Shown: piece after piece, positions 23,760 to 36,824 of the stretch
How the letters are laid out: each line of letters starts with the position of its first letter
Position numbering within the stretch: position 1 is the first letter of the stretch
Source: Ginglymostoma cirratum
Lineage: Eukaryota
Assembly: GCA_024137785.1 (NCBI GenBank)
Contig: JAHRHZ010000051.1
Span: forward strand, 434,001-498,000
DNA: 64,000 nt
Direction of reading: 5' to 3'
Program-made: the position numbers and the translations under genes
Notes under the pieces: model-generated
Told to the model about the DNA's origin: nothing
What the model saw: only the letters and a program-made list of their open reading frames with translations
Database searches by the model: none

Positions 23760-25900
23760 TATCTGCTTTGAACAGTTTCCCCACTGAAATTTGTCAATAA
23801 CTGCATCCTCAAAGGATGGCAAGGACAGCACTGCCAGAAACTGTGCCCATGAAGTTATATGCTTTTGGCTCCTTCCAAGCTGACAGTGGAAAGGCATCAG
23901 CAGCCCCTCACAGATTTTAATTATTGTCTCAGGAAGTTCACCAAGATTGTCTTTTCAAAGACAGCCGAACTAAGTTTCATTCTCTCATCCCAGACAGAAG
24001 CAGGTGGAGTGAATGTGATTGTTCTAAGGATGCAGCTTCACCTACAGTGCTGGGATCACCAGACACCTCATGTTAACTCTGTTGTACAGTAAAACCATTC
24101 CCAGGTGATGCGCGATATAGTGTGCCAATGTTTGGAATTCTGGCAGGTGCTAGGGTGCCTTTCATCTAAGATGGTAAGCTGGACCTGTTTCATTTCACCC
24201 AGTAGAGAAAAGCAAATGATGGTTCCTGGGGATAAGGGTTATCTGCAGTTAATGTGGCTCATGACTCTGGATCACAACTTACGCTCTTGTGCAGTGTGCA
24301 TCTCATAACTCCCATGCGGTCACATAAAAGTGGTAGAGCAGACCACTGGAATGCTTGACAAAAATCAATTCTGCTTCATGGACTGCTGCACGAGACTTGC
24401 TGAGTTCAGCAGAGTGAGTCTCAAACTTCTACAAATTTGCTGCATCCTACACGATGTTACTACCATAACGAGATAGCCCTTGCCATCAGCTGTCAGACAA
24501 GCAGGTGAAAAGTGGGATAGGAACAGGAGGAGGAAAAAGAAAGGTGCCAACCTGGACTACCCCTTTCTGTCCATGAAGAACTAATTTGAGTACACTCCCA
24601 AGGCTCCATTTACCAACAACTCCACATTCCTTAACCACCTGTCGCTGACCAAAACACTACCTTCTTTGGCTACAATATAGAAATAAAAGGGCCACCACAA
24701 ACAGATACGGCAAACAAAATTTTTGAGTGTTATCATGGTGTATTCTATTTATGTTTACGTTGCGCACCTTAGTTTCTGTCTCCCATATGATGTTTCCTGT
24801 CCTTCTACTTCTGCAAAATGCTTCCCACAGTGGCTGCAGAACAAGTGACAGGCTGCTAATTTTCAGTGGGGGAGATTACGGATGAAGCTGACCTCGTGCA
24901 GCTCTGGGCTTGGGGAGCTTGTTTCAGACAGACAGCAAGAGCAATTACAGAAGCAGGAATGCCATCATCCAGAGAGGTGGCAGTGAGTTTACATTGAAGC
25001 TACTGTTGCTCTTTTGGGAAAATATTCTCAGCCAGTGATCTCTTGGAAGACAGATTGTTGGACTGTTATGACAACGAGGAGTGCAGCATGTCTGTTTGCA
25101 TGACAGCAGTCTGGGTTTCTATTGTAGTCTGCAGACCCTGTGTTGAACCTGTGAAAGGACCTGCGCTGTAATGGCAGCTGCGACAACAACCATAGAATGC
25201 TGCATCGTGGAGCCAGAGGTGTGCTGTTCAAATTGCCATAATTTCCCAGAAACGAAGGGCTCCAGACTTGCGCAAATTGGTACTGGAGTCTTCCATGCTC
25301 CTTCACAATGAAGTCAAAAAGCATTTGGTGTGGTATATTGATGTGTCCTTGTAGCCCACCTTAGTGAGGTCCTCATGGAATCTTCTTCAGTAACAACAGG
25401 TGTTTCTCCTCTTCTGGTCTGCTACCACCACATTCTCTCCTTGCTCTCGTCTTGGGTGGAGTGCACTCATGGCTAGTGTTTCACCACAGACAGCTTCCAC
25501 CTCGATTCTGAAATAGGTGCACAACCACAACCAGGGCATGGGGGTTGGCTGCAAGTCTGAAATCAAGTGAGGTTGTAGGCCCATCATCAATCTCCACCTG
25601 GTTTTTGTCTTCCCAATTACCTGAGCAGAATACAATTCTCAAGTTTTGAAAGGTCAAAGTACTGGAGTAAGGTAGTGGTGTGGTGAGGGCACTGGAAGTA
25701 AGAGCTCATGTTAATACTCTGCAGTTTGTAAGCTAGAAGTGATTGTGAAAATGGGATGTGAGGAGGAGGTATGAGGATATCAGAATCAATGGTTTCAACC
25801 TACTCCTGGCCAAGAGCTTAGAAATAGCTAGTCCAATATTGGACAGTACACACTGTCTGAAGAGTGTGAAGCTTGTAAAAATTAATCACTGTTAGTGGGT
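23760..25900 (+). mobile_element. Decayed PIF/Harbinger DNA transposon remnant
   Basis: GDKGY (24229-24243), VVEQTTGML and CCILHD-like motifs of the HARBI1-type transposase; extent approximate. Confidence 0.55.
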
Positions 25901-26499
25901 GAAGGGACGCCGTTCATTGTCAGGAGTGATTTGTTTTGTGATTTGACTTTCTCTGGCTATTTGTTCCACAAAGCAACAACTGGACTTCAGGTACATTCCA
26001 CATTTCTGAAGGAGCTGGTGTCAGTAAAGTAAAAACTACACACATGGAACATGTCCTCAACAAAGATCCTGAACTTCCAATTGCCTGCTACTTCAACACA
26101 CCACTTTGTTCCTTGACCAACACCTCTGTCTCAGATTTGCTGCAGTGTTCCAGGAAGCTCAGCACAAGCTGGAAGAACAGCACCACATTTTCTGCTTTGA
26201 CACCGTGCAGCTTTCTGGGCTCAAAATCCAAATTCAATAACTTTAGGACTGGAGTTCTCCCATGTCCTTACCCCAACCCCCAAACATCAGGCCTTGTTAT
26301 CACATAGTCTGCTATTACACATAACCCGTTGTTAGCCACTGACAGTCCCCATTAATAGTATTCACCCTCCTAGCCAGATCGTTATTCATCCCTTTGTCTG
26401 TCCAACTGCTTTTCTCTCTCTTTGGGCTCTAACCCCACCTATCATTTACTCTCTAGCCCCTGCCCACACCCTGTCTCCTGGGGTCCTTGTGCGTGTTTT

Positions 26500-29400
26500 G
26501 CTGCTGCTGCTTGGGAGAGCATTAAACTAACTTGGCAGGAGTACGGGAACCAAGAGAGATTACTAAAGGAGATACCAGGGTTCACAAAATAACTGAAAAT
26601 GCAGCTGGCTATAGCCTAAACAATAGTAAATTTACAGATGAAGTGAGAGTAAGAGAGAAAAAAATGAAGTATAAATCAGGGTTACTGTGCATTTACATGA
26701 ATGTATGGAGTAAATAAGGTTGAAGCGTGGATTGTCATGTTGAAAGATGGCAACAACAGAAACCTGGTTCAAGGAAGAGCAAGGCAGGTGGTTAAATATT
26801 CCCGGCTACAAGTTTTAGAAAAGATAGAAACAGAAGGAACGGAGGAATTGTAGCAGTATTGGATAAGAAAGGCATTGCAGTGTTGGAGAAAGAGGATGTC
26901 TCAGAGGATAAAAGCAAGAACTGCAGATGCTGGAATCAGAGTCTGATGAAGGGTCTAGGCCCAAAATGTTAACTTTCCTACTCCTCTGATGCTGCCTGAG
27001 CTGCTGTGTTCCTCCAGCTCCACACTGTATCAGCTCTGTTTCAGAGAATCCATGGATGGAATCAATTTGACTCAAGCTAAGAAACAAAGGAGTTTTGTTA
27101 TATTTCCAGTAGACCACCGATCAGTGGAAAGGATGTAGAAAACAAATCTGCAAGGAAATTACAGCAAAATGCCAACATTATAGAGCACTTATAGTGGGGG
27201 ACTTCAATTACCCAAATATAGACTGGGATACTGTTAGTGTAAGAGGCAGTGAGAGGCAAATGTTCCTGGATTGTGTTCAGCAGGGTTTCCTACAGCAGTA
27301 TGTTCCCAGTCCAATAAGAAAAGATGCACTGTTAGACAGGTTCATGGAAATGAGGTGGGACAAGTAGATCAACTGTCAGTGGGGAGACGGTGATCTTTGT
27401 ATTGGAAGGTTCACGAGGATGGTGGAAATTGACATGCAACAAGCCAGAGAGAGAAAAATCGATTGATGCAGTCCCAACTTCGATGTGGCAAACATGGAGC
27501 TCGGCTGGAGAGACTTGGATTAGAGATTGGCAGGAAAAAACATTAAGTGAATAATGAGCTACTTTCAAAAAGGAGATGGTTTGGGTGCAGTTGTGGTACA
27601 TTCCATCAAAAGGAAGAGACAGGCAAACAAATCCAGAGCTCCCAGCGTAGCAAAGGAGATAGACAGAAATTAAGACAAAGAAGAAAAAAGTATACTAATG
27701 ACAGGCGTCAGTTAGAAAATAAAATTGAGAACCAAGAGGATTTTTGACAAATTCATTCACACAATGGGGTCATCACTGGCTGAGCCAACATTTGTTGCCT
27801 GTTCCTGGTTGTCCTGGAGAACATAAGAACATCATCTAGGAGCAGGAGTAGGCAATTCAGCCCCTTGAGCTTGCTCGGCCACTTGATTTGATAATGGCTG
27901 ATTTCATCTCAATCTCAACTCCACTTTCCTGCCTGCTCTCCATAACTTTTCAATGCATTACTAGTTAAAAATCTCACTATCTCCTCCTTAAATTTACTCA
28001 ATGTTGCAGCATCCACCTCATGCTGGGGTTGTGAACTCCACAGATTCATGGCCTTTTGAGATAAGTAATGTCTTCTCATTCCGTTTTATACCTGCTATTC
28101 CTTATTCTAAACCTATGAGCTCTCATTCTAGATTGCCCTGGTTAAGGAAATATCTTTTCTATGTGTATTTTGTCAATTTCTTTTCACATCTTATATATTC
28201 AATTAGATCTCCTCTCATTTTTCTAAAATCCAGAGAATATAGGCTGAAACTGTTCAAGCTCTCTTCATTTTTGGAATCAGCCTAGTGAACCTCCTCTGAA
28301 CTGCCTCCTATACAGTTGTATCCCTCCTCAAGTAAGGGAACCAAATTTGTATGCAATACTCTTGATGTGGTCTGACTAATGCCTTGTACAGTTACAGCAA
28401 CACTTCACAATAAATAGATAATGATGTTTAAACCCAGGTCCCTGGATCTATGAGGCAGTAGTGCTAACCATTGTGCTGCTGTTTTTAGCAGACTGTAAAT
28501 GATTGGTACCATGATGCTACCTAATATTTCTGTCTGTATGACACAGAAGTATACACAAGTGTGAAGTGTGTATAATAAAAATGCTTTAGTAGGCAGAAGG
28601 AAGAAAAATTCATACAACAGATGGACAACAATAAAAGACAGAAAAATCAGTGGTAGTGAAACTATTGGAAGCAATGCTGAAGACACAGAATTAATCTGCT
28701 TTAGAGAGTTAGGGATAAATCAAGGATAGTCAACATGGTTTTATTAAGTCAAGGTCACGTCTAATCAACTTGATTGAATTTTTCAAACAGGCGGCCAATT
28801 GTGTAGATGAGGACAATGCTTTTGATCAGATCCTGCATAGGAGACTTACAACAATGGTATGAGTCCATGGGATCCAAGGAAATTTGACAAAATGGACCCA
28901 CAGTTGGCTGAGTAGCAGGAAGCAGAATGTGATGGTTGGGGTTGTTTGCCTAACTGAAAGCATGTGTCCAGTGGGGTGGTTTAAAAAATGATGCAGATGA
29001 ATGTAGGAGGTTGATCAGTAGTTTGCAGGTGATACAAAAATTGGTGGGGTGGTAAATAGTGAGGAGGATAGCCTTATACTACAAGAGGATGCAGAAAGGT
29101 TGATCAGATGGGCTTGATCAGTGACAAATGAAATTCAATCCAGATAAATGTGAGGTGGTGTGCTTGGGCAGGACAAACAAGGCAAGGAAATACATGATAA
29201 ATAGTTGGACCCTGGGAAGCACAAAGGATGAGAGGGGCCATGGTGTGCGTGTATACTGGTCCCTTAAAGTAAATGGATAGGTGGATAAAGTGATTAAGAA
29301 GGTATATGTTAGAACTGCCTTAATTAGTCGAGGCATGGAGTTTAAGAGCAGAGAGTTTATGCTGGAAATTATAAAATGTTGGTTAGGCCACAGCTAGAGT

Positions 29401-29760
29401 TGGAGGGTTGTGATAGCACAGGAAGGTTGCAGAGGAGATTTACCAGGATGCCGCCTGAGCTGGAGAATTTCTGTTATGACAAGAGATTGGACAGACTGAG
29501 GTTGTTTTCTTTAAAGCTGAGGAGGTTGAGAGGGGAAATGATTGAGATGTTTAAAATTATGAAGGACAAAGGTAGGGTAGGGATCAATGACTAGGGGCAT
29601 AGATTTAAGGTAAGGGGCAGAAGGTTTAGAAATGCTGTGAGGAAAAATGTTTTCACCCAAAGGGTGATGGGAATCTTGGACTTGCTGCCTGCAAAGGTGG
29701 TAAAGGCAGAAACCCTAATAATATTTAAGAAGTGTTTAGATATGGCATACAAGGCCAAGG
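26500..29760 (+). mobile_element. Heavily decayed CR1 LINE ORF2 with nested insertions
   Basis: Endonuclease remnants (LLCIYMN, ETW, VGDFNYPNIDW) and RT remnants (SQHGF.KSRS.L, KCEV, RRFTRMPP); a pLTR insertion at 26907-27036 is flanked by tgt(c/t)tcagag. Confidence 0.8.
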
Positions 29761-32700
29761 GCTGCCAGAGGAAATGGCAAAGGCAGGTACAGTGACAACA
29801 TTTAAAAGATATTTGGACAGGTACATGAACAGGTAAGCTTTATAGGATTATGAGTCACATGCAGGCAAATGGGACTAAGTTTAGTTTGGGAAACTTGGTC
29901 GGCATGGACAAGTTGCGCTGAAGGGTCTTTTTCCGTGTTGTATGTCTCTGTGACTATAGGCCAAGAACAGGAAAATGGGAATAGAATAGTTAGGTGGTTT
30001 TTTTTGACCAGGGTGGACGTGATGGGCCATAGGGCCTATTTCTATGCTGTAGATCTCTCTATGACTCAATGAGAAGTCAGCAATTAAGACAAATAAATTT
30101 AACAGGATGTTGCCGGAAGGTTTGAGGTATAAGGAAAGACTGGATAGACTGGGACTTATTTCACGGGAGCATAGGAAGTTGAGAGATGTCCTGATAGAAG
30201 TCTATAAAATAATGAAATATCGTTGAGTTGATGGTAGTTGTCCTTTCCCTAGGATGGGGAATTTGGACTGTAGGGTCTGTCTCCGTGCTGTATAACTCTA
30301 TGACTACAAGCAATCAACAGTCATCATGATAATTACAGGTGAGGAAGGCCACCCGGCTCATCCATCCAGAGAGATCTTGGTGTCATGCTCTTGTTTTTGC
30401 AGTCTGAGGGTCATTAATCATGGCTTATGCAATGTTATCACCACATGGCAAGGCAAGGAGAAGTGCGTAATAATTGTTGTCATTCATACAGGGTTTCAAC
30501 ATATGTTATTGCTATTAGTCTCTCCCACATTCTAGCCGCCTTGCTAAATGAGTGCATCCATACCATCACCAAGTGCAACATCCAATTATTTTTCAAGTGA
30601 TTGTAGGTTCTTTTGCTTCCTTAGATCTGTATAGAGACTTCTTTAACATGTTGGCCATTCATGGTGCAAAGACAAAAATCCCAATATCTACTTTGAAAGT
30701 ATTTGCTACATTGAACCCTTAAGTGCTAGGTTACAGTTGAAGCTAAAAATGCTTCACAGTTCTATACTACATGTAGAAGTAGCAAAAATGCTGGCCTCTG
30801 TCCAAATCTCAAAAGTTACAAATCACTTGTCCTACTCAGTGGTATGTAATTTGCAGAGCTTGCACACAGTCATTTAACTGCAGCTGTTGACAGCTTCCTT
30901 GAATTCAGTAACAGACACAGCTTAGTTCTTAAATATTCTACAACAGAACGTACAGGAATGCCCAAACATTTTCATCTTTCTGGATCACTGGAGACTGAGG
31001 GTACAATGGAAGATGAGTGTCAGGACTCTGTGGAAGTCCTGATGCTGGGGACCTAAGCGGGAATTACCCTGCAGTTTTAAACTTCAGATGGGCAATACCA
31101 GGAAATTTAAATTTCAGTTGGGCAATTTTCCTACAGCCTGGGACTCTTGCGCTAATGTCCCTGCCCTTGAGGTAGGATCAGAGACTTTGGACAGATTCCT
31201 ATGACTTACTTTGATAGCTAGTTTAAATCCTGGTTTTGTAACTGAGTAACTTCACAGCCACTTGTCCCCAGCCATTCCACTGATCATTCAAAAAACCCCT
31301 TAATACTCGACTACTCCTTTAGACGATACAACCATCCCAGGAACACCCAACTAACACCTCAAACATCCAACTGTCCCGAACTTTGATTACCCACTGACTT
31401 ACCTGCCTGACCACCTCATCACCCACTCATCCACTTCTCATTTACTCAGTAACCTACTCAAAAACTGGACCTTTAAACCTACCTGAACACAAGACTAGGG
31501 CCATTCATAGGGGACATATCCTCTCTTCCCTCAATGCTCCAATGCAGTTTTATGGTAAATGCTGCACTGTCCATTTCTACTGCATCTGGAATGGAAGACC
31601 AGGGACGAAATGGACTGCAGCATTTGGGTTGGGAAAATCTTCACGGACAGTGGCAACATGCAGGGAGAGCATGCCATTGACCAGGAGATGTGGACAAAAT
31701 TTTGACTATTTTCTTGTTCATCTGCAGTTTCTGGATGAAGACTGATTTGTGAGATAGTGACAAATTAGAATTGCCTGGGACAAGGGGACCCAAAGGTCAG
31801 TCATTCCTGCTGCAGTATTCCTGAAATTTTGCCCTTCGTGGATTAGTAGAGGAAATGCTGCATTCTCAGGTAGGTTACTGTGCATGTTAGCAGTTTTCTC
31901 ATATTTAATTATTACCGGACAGAAGTTCATCACAGCATAATTCAGTTAATTATAAAACTCAGGGAGTAATAATCCAGAAAATATGCACTTCACTAGGCCA
32001 AACTGAGAGTTTGAATTCAGGCGTTGAAAAAATTAACAAGAAAGAATTGGCATTAGTACATGAACTACAAAGCTATAGGTCGTTGTAAAGTCCCAGCTGG
32101 TTAACTAATTCCCACAGAGAAGTAAAATTGTCACTCTTGTCCTGTCTGCTCTACTTGGAATTCCAGCCCCATACTGAAGTGGTTAGCTTTTACCGGCTGG
32201 AGAAGCGGCTTCTCCGAATGTCTTCTCAGAATGACGAATGGTGGAAAATGAATGTCATAAGCTCATCCTTAGAACGAATAATATTAATTCAAGATTGTTA
32301 TAAATAAGTATCAAAGCTGATTGCAAAGGTGTAGCAGAACTTTAGTAGGAGCAGAAGTAGGTCACATAGCCCATCGAATCTGCTCTGTCGTTCAATGAGA
32401 TCATGCCTGATAATCCTAAACTCCATTTTCCTGCCTTTCCCCCCAACCCTTGATTGATTCCCTTATTAAAAATCTCTCAGCCTCAGCTCCATAGAATTAA
32501 TTTCTTACTGTCTTGACTTTACTTTTTCTCCCCTCTCCAGTCTCTTGCCACCCTACATCATGAATCATCCTACATCCTCAGCTACATGAATGGTTTCTAG
32601 TTTCCTGGTTCTAATCATCTCCTTTTCACCATGGATGTCCAGTCCTTTATCCCAAACCAGAGTCTATGAACCTATCTGCCTCTGTGTCTTTTTTTAATTG

Positions 32701-32959
32701 AGGCCCAACTGCCTTTCTGAGAGATATTTGGAACATTCCGTATTTCGATCCTACAAAGGTCTCCTCCCTCACTTCTTGTTGCAGTACAAAGATTATTTTA
32801 TTGGTCATTGGCCACATCCTGCTCTTGTTTTGAACAAGAAGAATTTATCAGACTTTCTTCTTACAATTTTTACTCTACCCTCATAGTCCACTTCTGACTT
32901 GTCTTCAAATTTCCTATTTTCTATTTTTGGGCTTAGGCTGTCAACTGATATAGTCATTG

Positions 32960-35900
32960 GCTCATAGTTACCTTGATAGGGGGTTAGACAGTGTCCTTTG
33001 CAAGCAGGGTAGAGAATCTCGCATGGTGTGTTGCCTGCCCGGTGCCAGGGTGTGAGACATCTCTGACCGGCTTGAGAGGATACTAGAGAGGGAGGGGGGA
33101 GGATCCAGTTGTTGCGGTCCATGTAGGTACCAACAACATAGGCAGGACTAGGAAAAAAGACCTGTTTCGGGATTATGAAAAGCTAGGAACAAAATTTAAA
33201 AACAGGTCTTCAAGGGTCATAATCTCTGGATTGCTGCCCGAGCCACGTGCAAATTGGCATAGGGAGGAGACACACATGGCCAGAAGAGTGGTGTGGGAAA
33301 GAGGGTTTCCTTTTCATGGGGCACTGGCATCAGTTCCGAGACAGGAGGGATCTGTACCGCTGGGATGGACTCCACCTGAACAGGGCCGGGTCCAGTGTTC
33401 TGGCGAAAAGGGTAAATAGGGTGGTCAACAGGACTTTAAACTAGTAAGTAGTGGGAAAGGGAGGAGTGAGCATACAGGGAGTATAACAATTAATGTAAGG
33501 CAAAGCAGCAGGTTAGCAGGTGATGAGGAAGCTTCAACTCCATTGAAAATTAGGAAAAAAGTTAAACGGAAAGGGAACTCGAGAGATGTTAGTAATGGAG
33601 GTGATAGGACCCAACAAGAAGGTGCAAAAACTGGCATAAGGGCACTTTATCTGAATACTCGGAGCATTCAAAACAAGGTGGATGAGTTGACAACACAAAT
33701 CATGGCAAATGGGTATGATTTACTGGCCATTACAGAGACATGGTTGCAGGATGGTCATGACTGGGAGTTAAATATCCAGGGGTATCAAACTGTTCAGAAG
33801 GACAGACAGGAAGGTAAGGGTGGTGGTGTCGCTATGATTTTTAAAGATGATATCAGGACGGTAGTGAGAGATGATAATAGGTTCTACTGAACAAAAGGTT
33901 GAATCCATTTGGGTAGAAATTAGAAATAGCAGGGAGAAGAAGGCACTGATAGGTGTGGTCTATAGGCCACCAAATAATGACATCGTGGTGGGGCCGGCAA
34001 TAAACACAGAAATAGCTAATGTATGTAAAAATGGTACAGCAATTATCATAGGGGATTTTAATCTACATATCGATTGGTCAAACCAGGTCGGTCATGGCAG
34101 CCTTGAGGAGGGGTTCATAGAATGCATCTGCGATAATTTCCTTGAACAATATGTAATGGAACCTATGAGGGAGCAAGCTATCCGAGATCTAGTCCTGTGT
34201 AATGAGACGGAAATAATTAATGATCTCACGGTTAGGGACCACAATATGGTCGAATTTAAAATACAGATGAAGCGTGAGAAGGTTAAATCCAGTGCCAATG
34301 TCCTGTGTTTAAACAAAGGAGACTACGATGGGATGAGGGAGGAGTTAGGTAAGGTAAAATGGGAACAAAAACTTTATGGTGGGTCAAGTGAGGAACAGTG
34401 GAGGACTTTCAAAACGATTTTTCACAGTGCTCAGCAGAAGTATATTCCAGTGATAAGGAAGAGCTGTAAGAAAAGAAAAAGTCAGCCATGGATGTCTAAG
34501 GAAATAGAGGAAAGTATCAGATTAAAAAAAAATACATGCAAGAAGCAAAGATTAGTGGGAAACTAGTAGACTGGGAAATCTTTAAAGGCCAACAGAAAGC
34601 CACAAAAAAAGTTATAAAGAAAAATAAGACAGATAATGAGAGTAAACTAGCTCAAAATATAAGAACAGGCAGCAAATGTTTCTATAAATATGTAAATCAT
34701 AAAAGTGTGGTGAAGGTAACATTGGTCCTTTAGAGATGAAAAGACCAATTTAATAACTGAGAATGAGGAAATGGCCAAGGCATCAAACAGTTAATTTGTG
34801 TCAGTCTACACAGTGGAAGATACAAATAACATGCCGAAAACTGATGGCAAGAAGGTTATAGCAGGTGAGGACCTAGAAACTATCATTATCACGAAGGAGG
34901 CAGTGCTGGGCAAGCTAATGGGGTTAAAGGTAGACAAGTCTCCTGGCCCTGATGAAATGCATCCCAGGGTACTCAAAGAGGTGATGGGGGAAATGGCAAA
35001 TGCACTAGTAATTATTTACCAACATTCACTGGACTCTGGGGTGGTTCCCGCAGATTGGAAAACAGCCAATGTGACGCCACTGTTTAAAAAGGGAAGTAGA
35101 CAAAAAGCAGGTAACTATAGGCCAGTTAGCTTAACTTCGGTAGTGGGGAAAATGCTTGAATCTATCATTAAGGAAGAAATAGCAAGACATCTGGATATAA
35201 ATTCTCCCATTGGGAACACCCAACATGGGTTCATGAAGGGTAGGTCATGTTTAACTAATTTGGTGGAATTCTTTGAGGACATTATTTGCATGGTGGACAA
35301 TGGGGATCCTGTGGATGTGGTGTATCTGGATTTCCAGAAGGCATTTGACAAGGTGCCACACCAAAGGCTGCTACACAAGATAAAGTTGCACAATATTACA
35401 GGTAATGTATTGGCATGGATAGAGGATTGGTTGACGAGTAGAAAGCAAAGAGTAGGGGTAAATGGGTGTTTTTCTGGTTGGCGGTCAGTGGCTAGTGGTG
35501 TGCCTCAGGGATCAGTGTTGGGACCGCAATTGTTTACAATTTACATAGATGATTTGGAGTTGGGGACTAAGTGTGGTGTGTCAAAATTTGCAGATGACCC
35601 CAAGGTGAGTGGTAGAGCAAAATGTGCAGAAGACACTGAAGGTCGCCAGAGGGATATAGATAGTCTAAGTGAGTGGGCAAAGGTCTGGCAGATGGAGTAC
35701 AATGTTGATAAGTGTGAGGTCATCCATTTTGGTAGGAATAACAGCAAAATGGACCATGTTTTAATTGGTAAAAAAATTGCAGCACACTGTTGTGCTGCGG
35801 GACTTGGGTGTCCTTGTGCATGAATCACTGAAAGTAGGATTGCAGGTGCAGCAGGTAATTAAAAAGGCAAATGGAATTTTGTCTGTCATTGCTAGAGGGA

Positions 35901-36511
35901 TGGAGTTTAAAAACAGGGTGGCTATGCTGCAGCTGTATAGGGTCCTGGTGAGGCCACGCCTGGAGTACTGTGTGCAGTTTTGGTCTCCTTACTTGACAGG
36001 GGATATACTAGCACTGGAGGGGTTGCAGAGGAGATTCACTCAGTTGATTCCAGAGTTGAGAGGGTTGGATTATGAGGAGAGGCTGAGTAGGCTGGGACTA
36101 TACGCAGTGGAATTCAGAAGAATGAGGGGAGATCTTATAGAAACGTATGAGATTATGAAGGGAATAGAGAAGGTGGAGGCAGGGAGGTTGTTTCCACTAG
36201 CAGGTGAAACTAGGAACGGGGGCATAACCTCAAAATAAAGGGAAGCAGATGTCGGACTGAGGTCAGGAGGAACTTCTTCACCCAAAGGGTTGTAAATCTG
36301 TGGAATTCCCTGCCCAGTGAAGCGGTTGAAGCTACCTCGCTGAATGTGTTTAAGGCAAGGCTAGATAAATTTTTGAACAGTAAAGGAATTAAAGGTTATG
36401 GTGAGTGGGTGGGTAAGTGGAGCTGAGTCTCAAAAAGATCAGCCATGATCTTATTGAATGGTGGGGCAGGCTCGAGGGGCCGGATGGCCTACTCCTGCTC
36501 CTAGTTCTTAT
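32960..36511 (+). mobile_element. 5'-truncated CR1 (HER1-like) LINE: ORF1 SGNH-esterase end plus frameshifted ORF2 (APE endonuclease and RT)
   Basis: ORF1 VHVGTNN..DGLHLN; ORF2 LYLNTRSI..AITETW, GVVYRPP, GDFN, NYRPVSLTS, YLDFQKAFDKVPH, GVPQGSVLGP, FADD; several frameshifts. Confidence 0.95.
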
Positions 36512-36824
36512 TACACTCTTCAGATGGACTCTATTTCATTCTCCTGGCTTCTCTGTCACTACCACATCTGTTCTAACGATACCACCTTTCACACTAGCAC
36601 TTTTAATATGTCTTATATTGTCCTCAACTATGATTGACCAGGTTCTCCCGCACGTCTGTTCCGTTGTCCCAATTCTTCATTCTTCTATGATCCTCATCTT
36701 CTACCTGAACAGCTTCCATATTGAGCTGACTGTTCTACATTATTTCTATCTCCAATAGCATAGGCCAACACCAAACATATCTGTCCTCCATCGCCTCTCT
36801 TTCAGCACTATAAATGAACTGTTC

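Noticed and set aside
34798-35823. 341-aa RT ORF as a functional gene
   Set aside because: Fragment of a frameshifted CR1 ORF2
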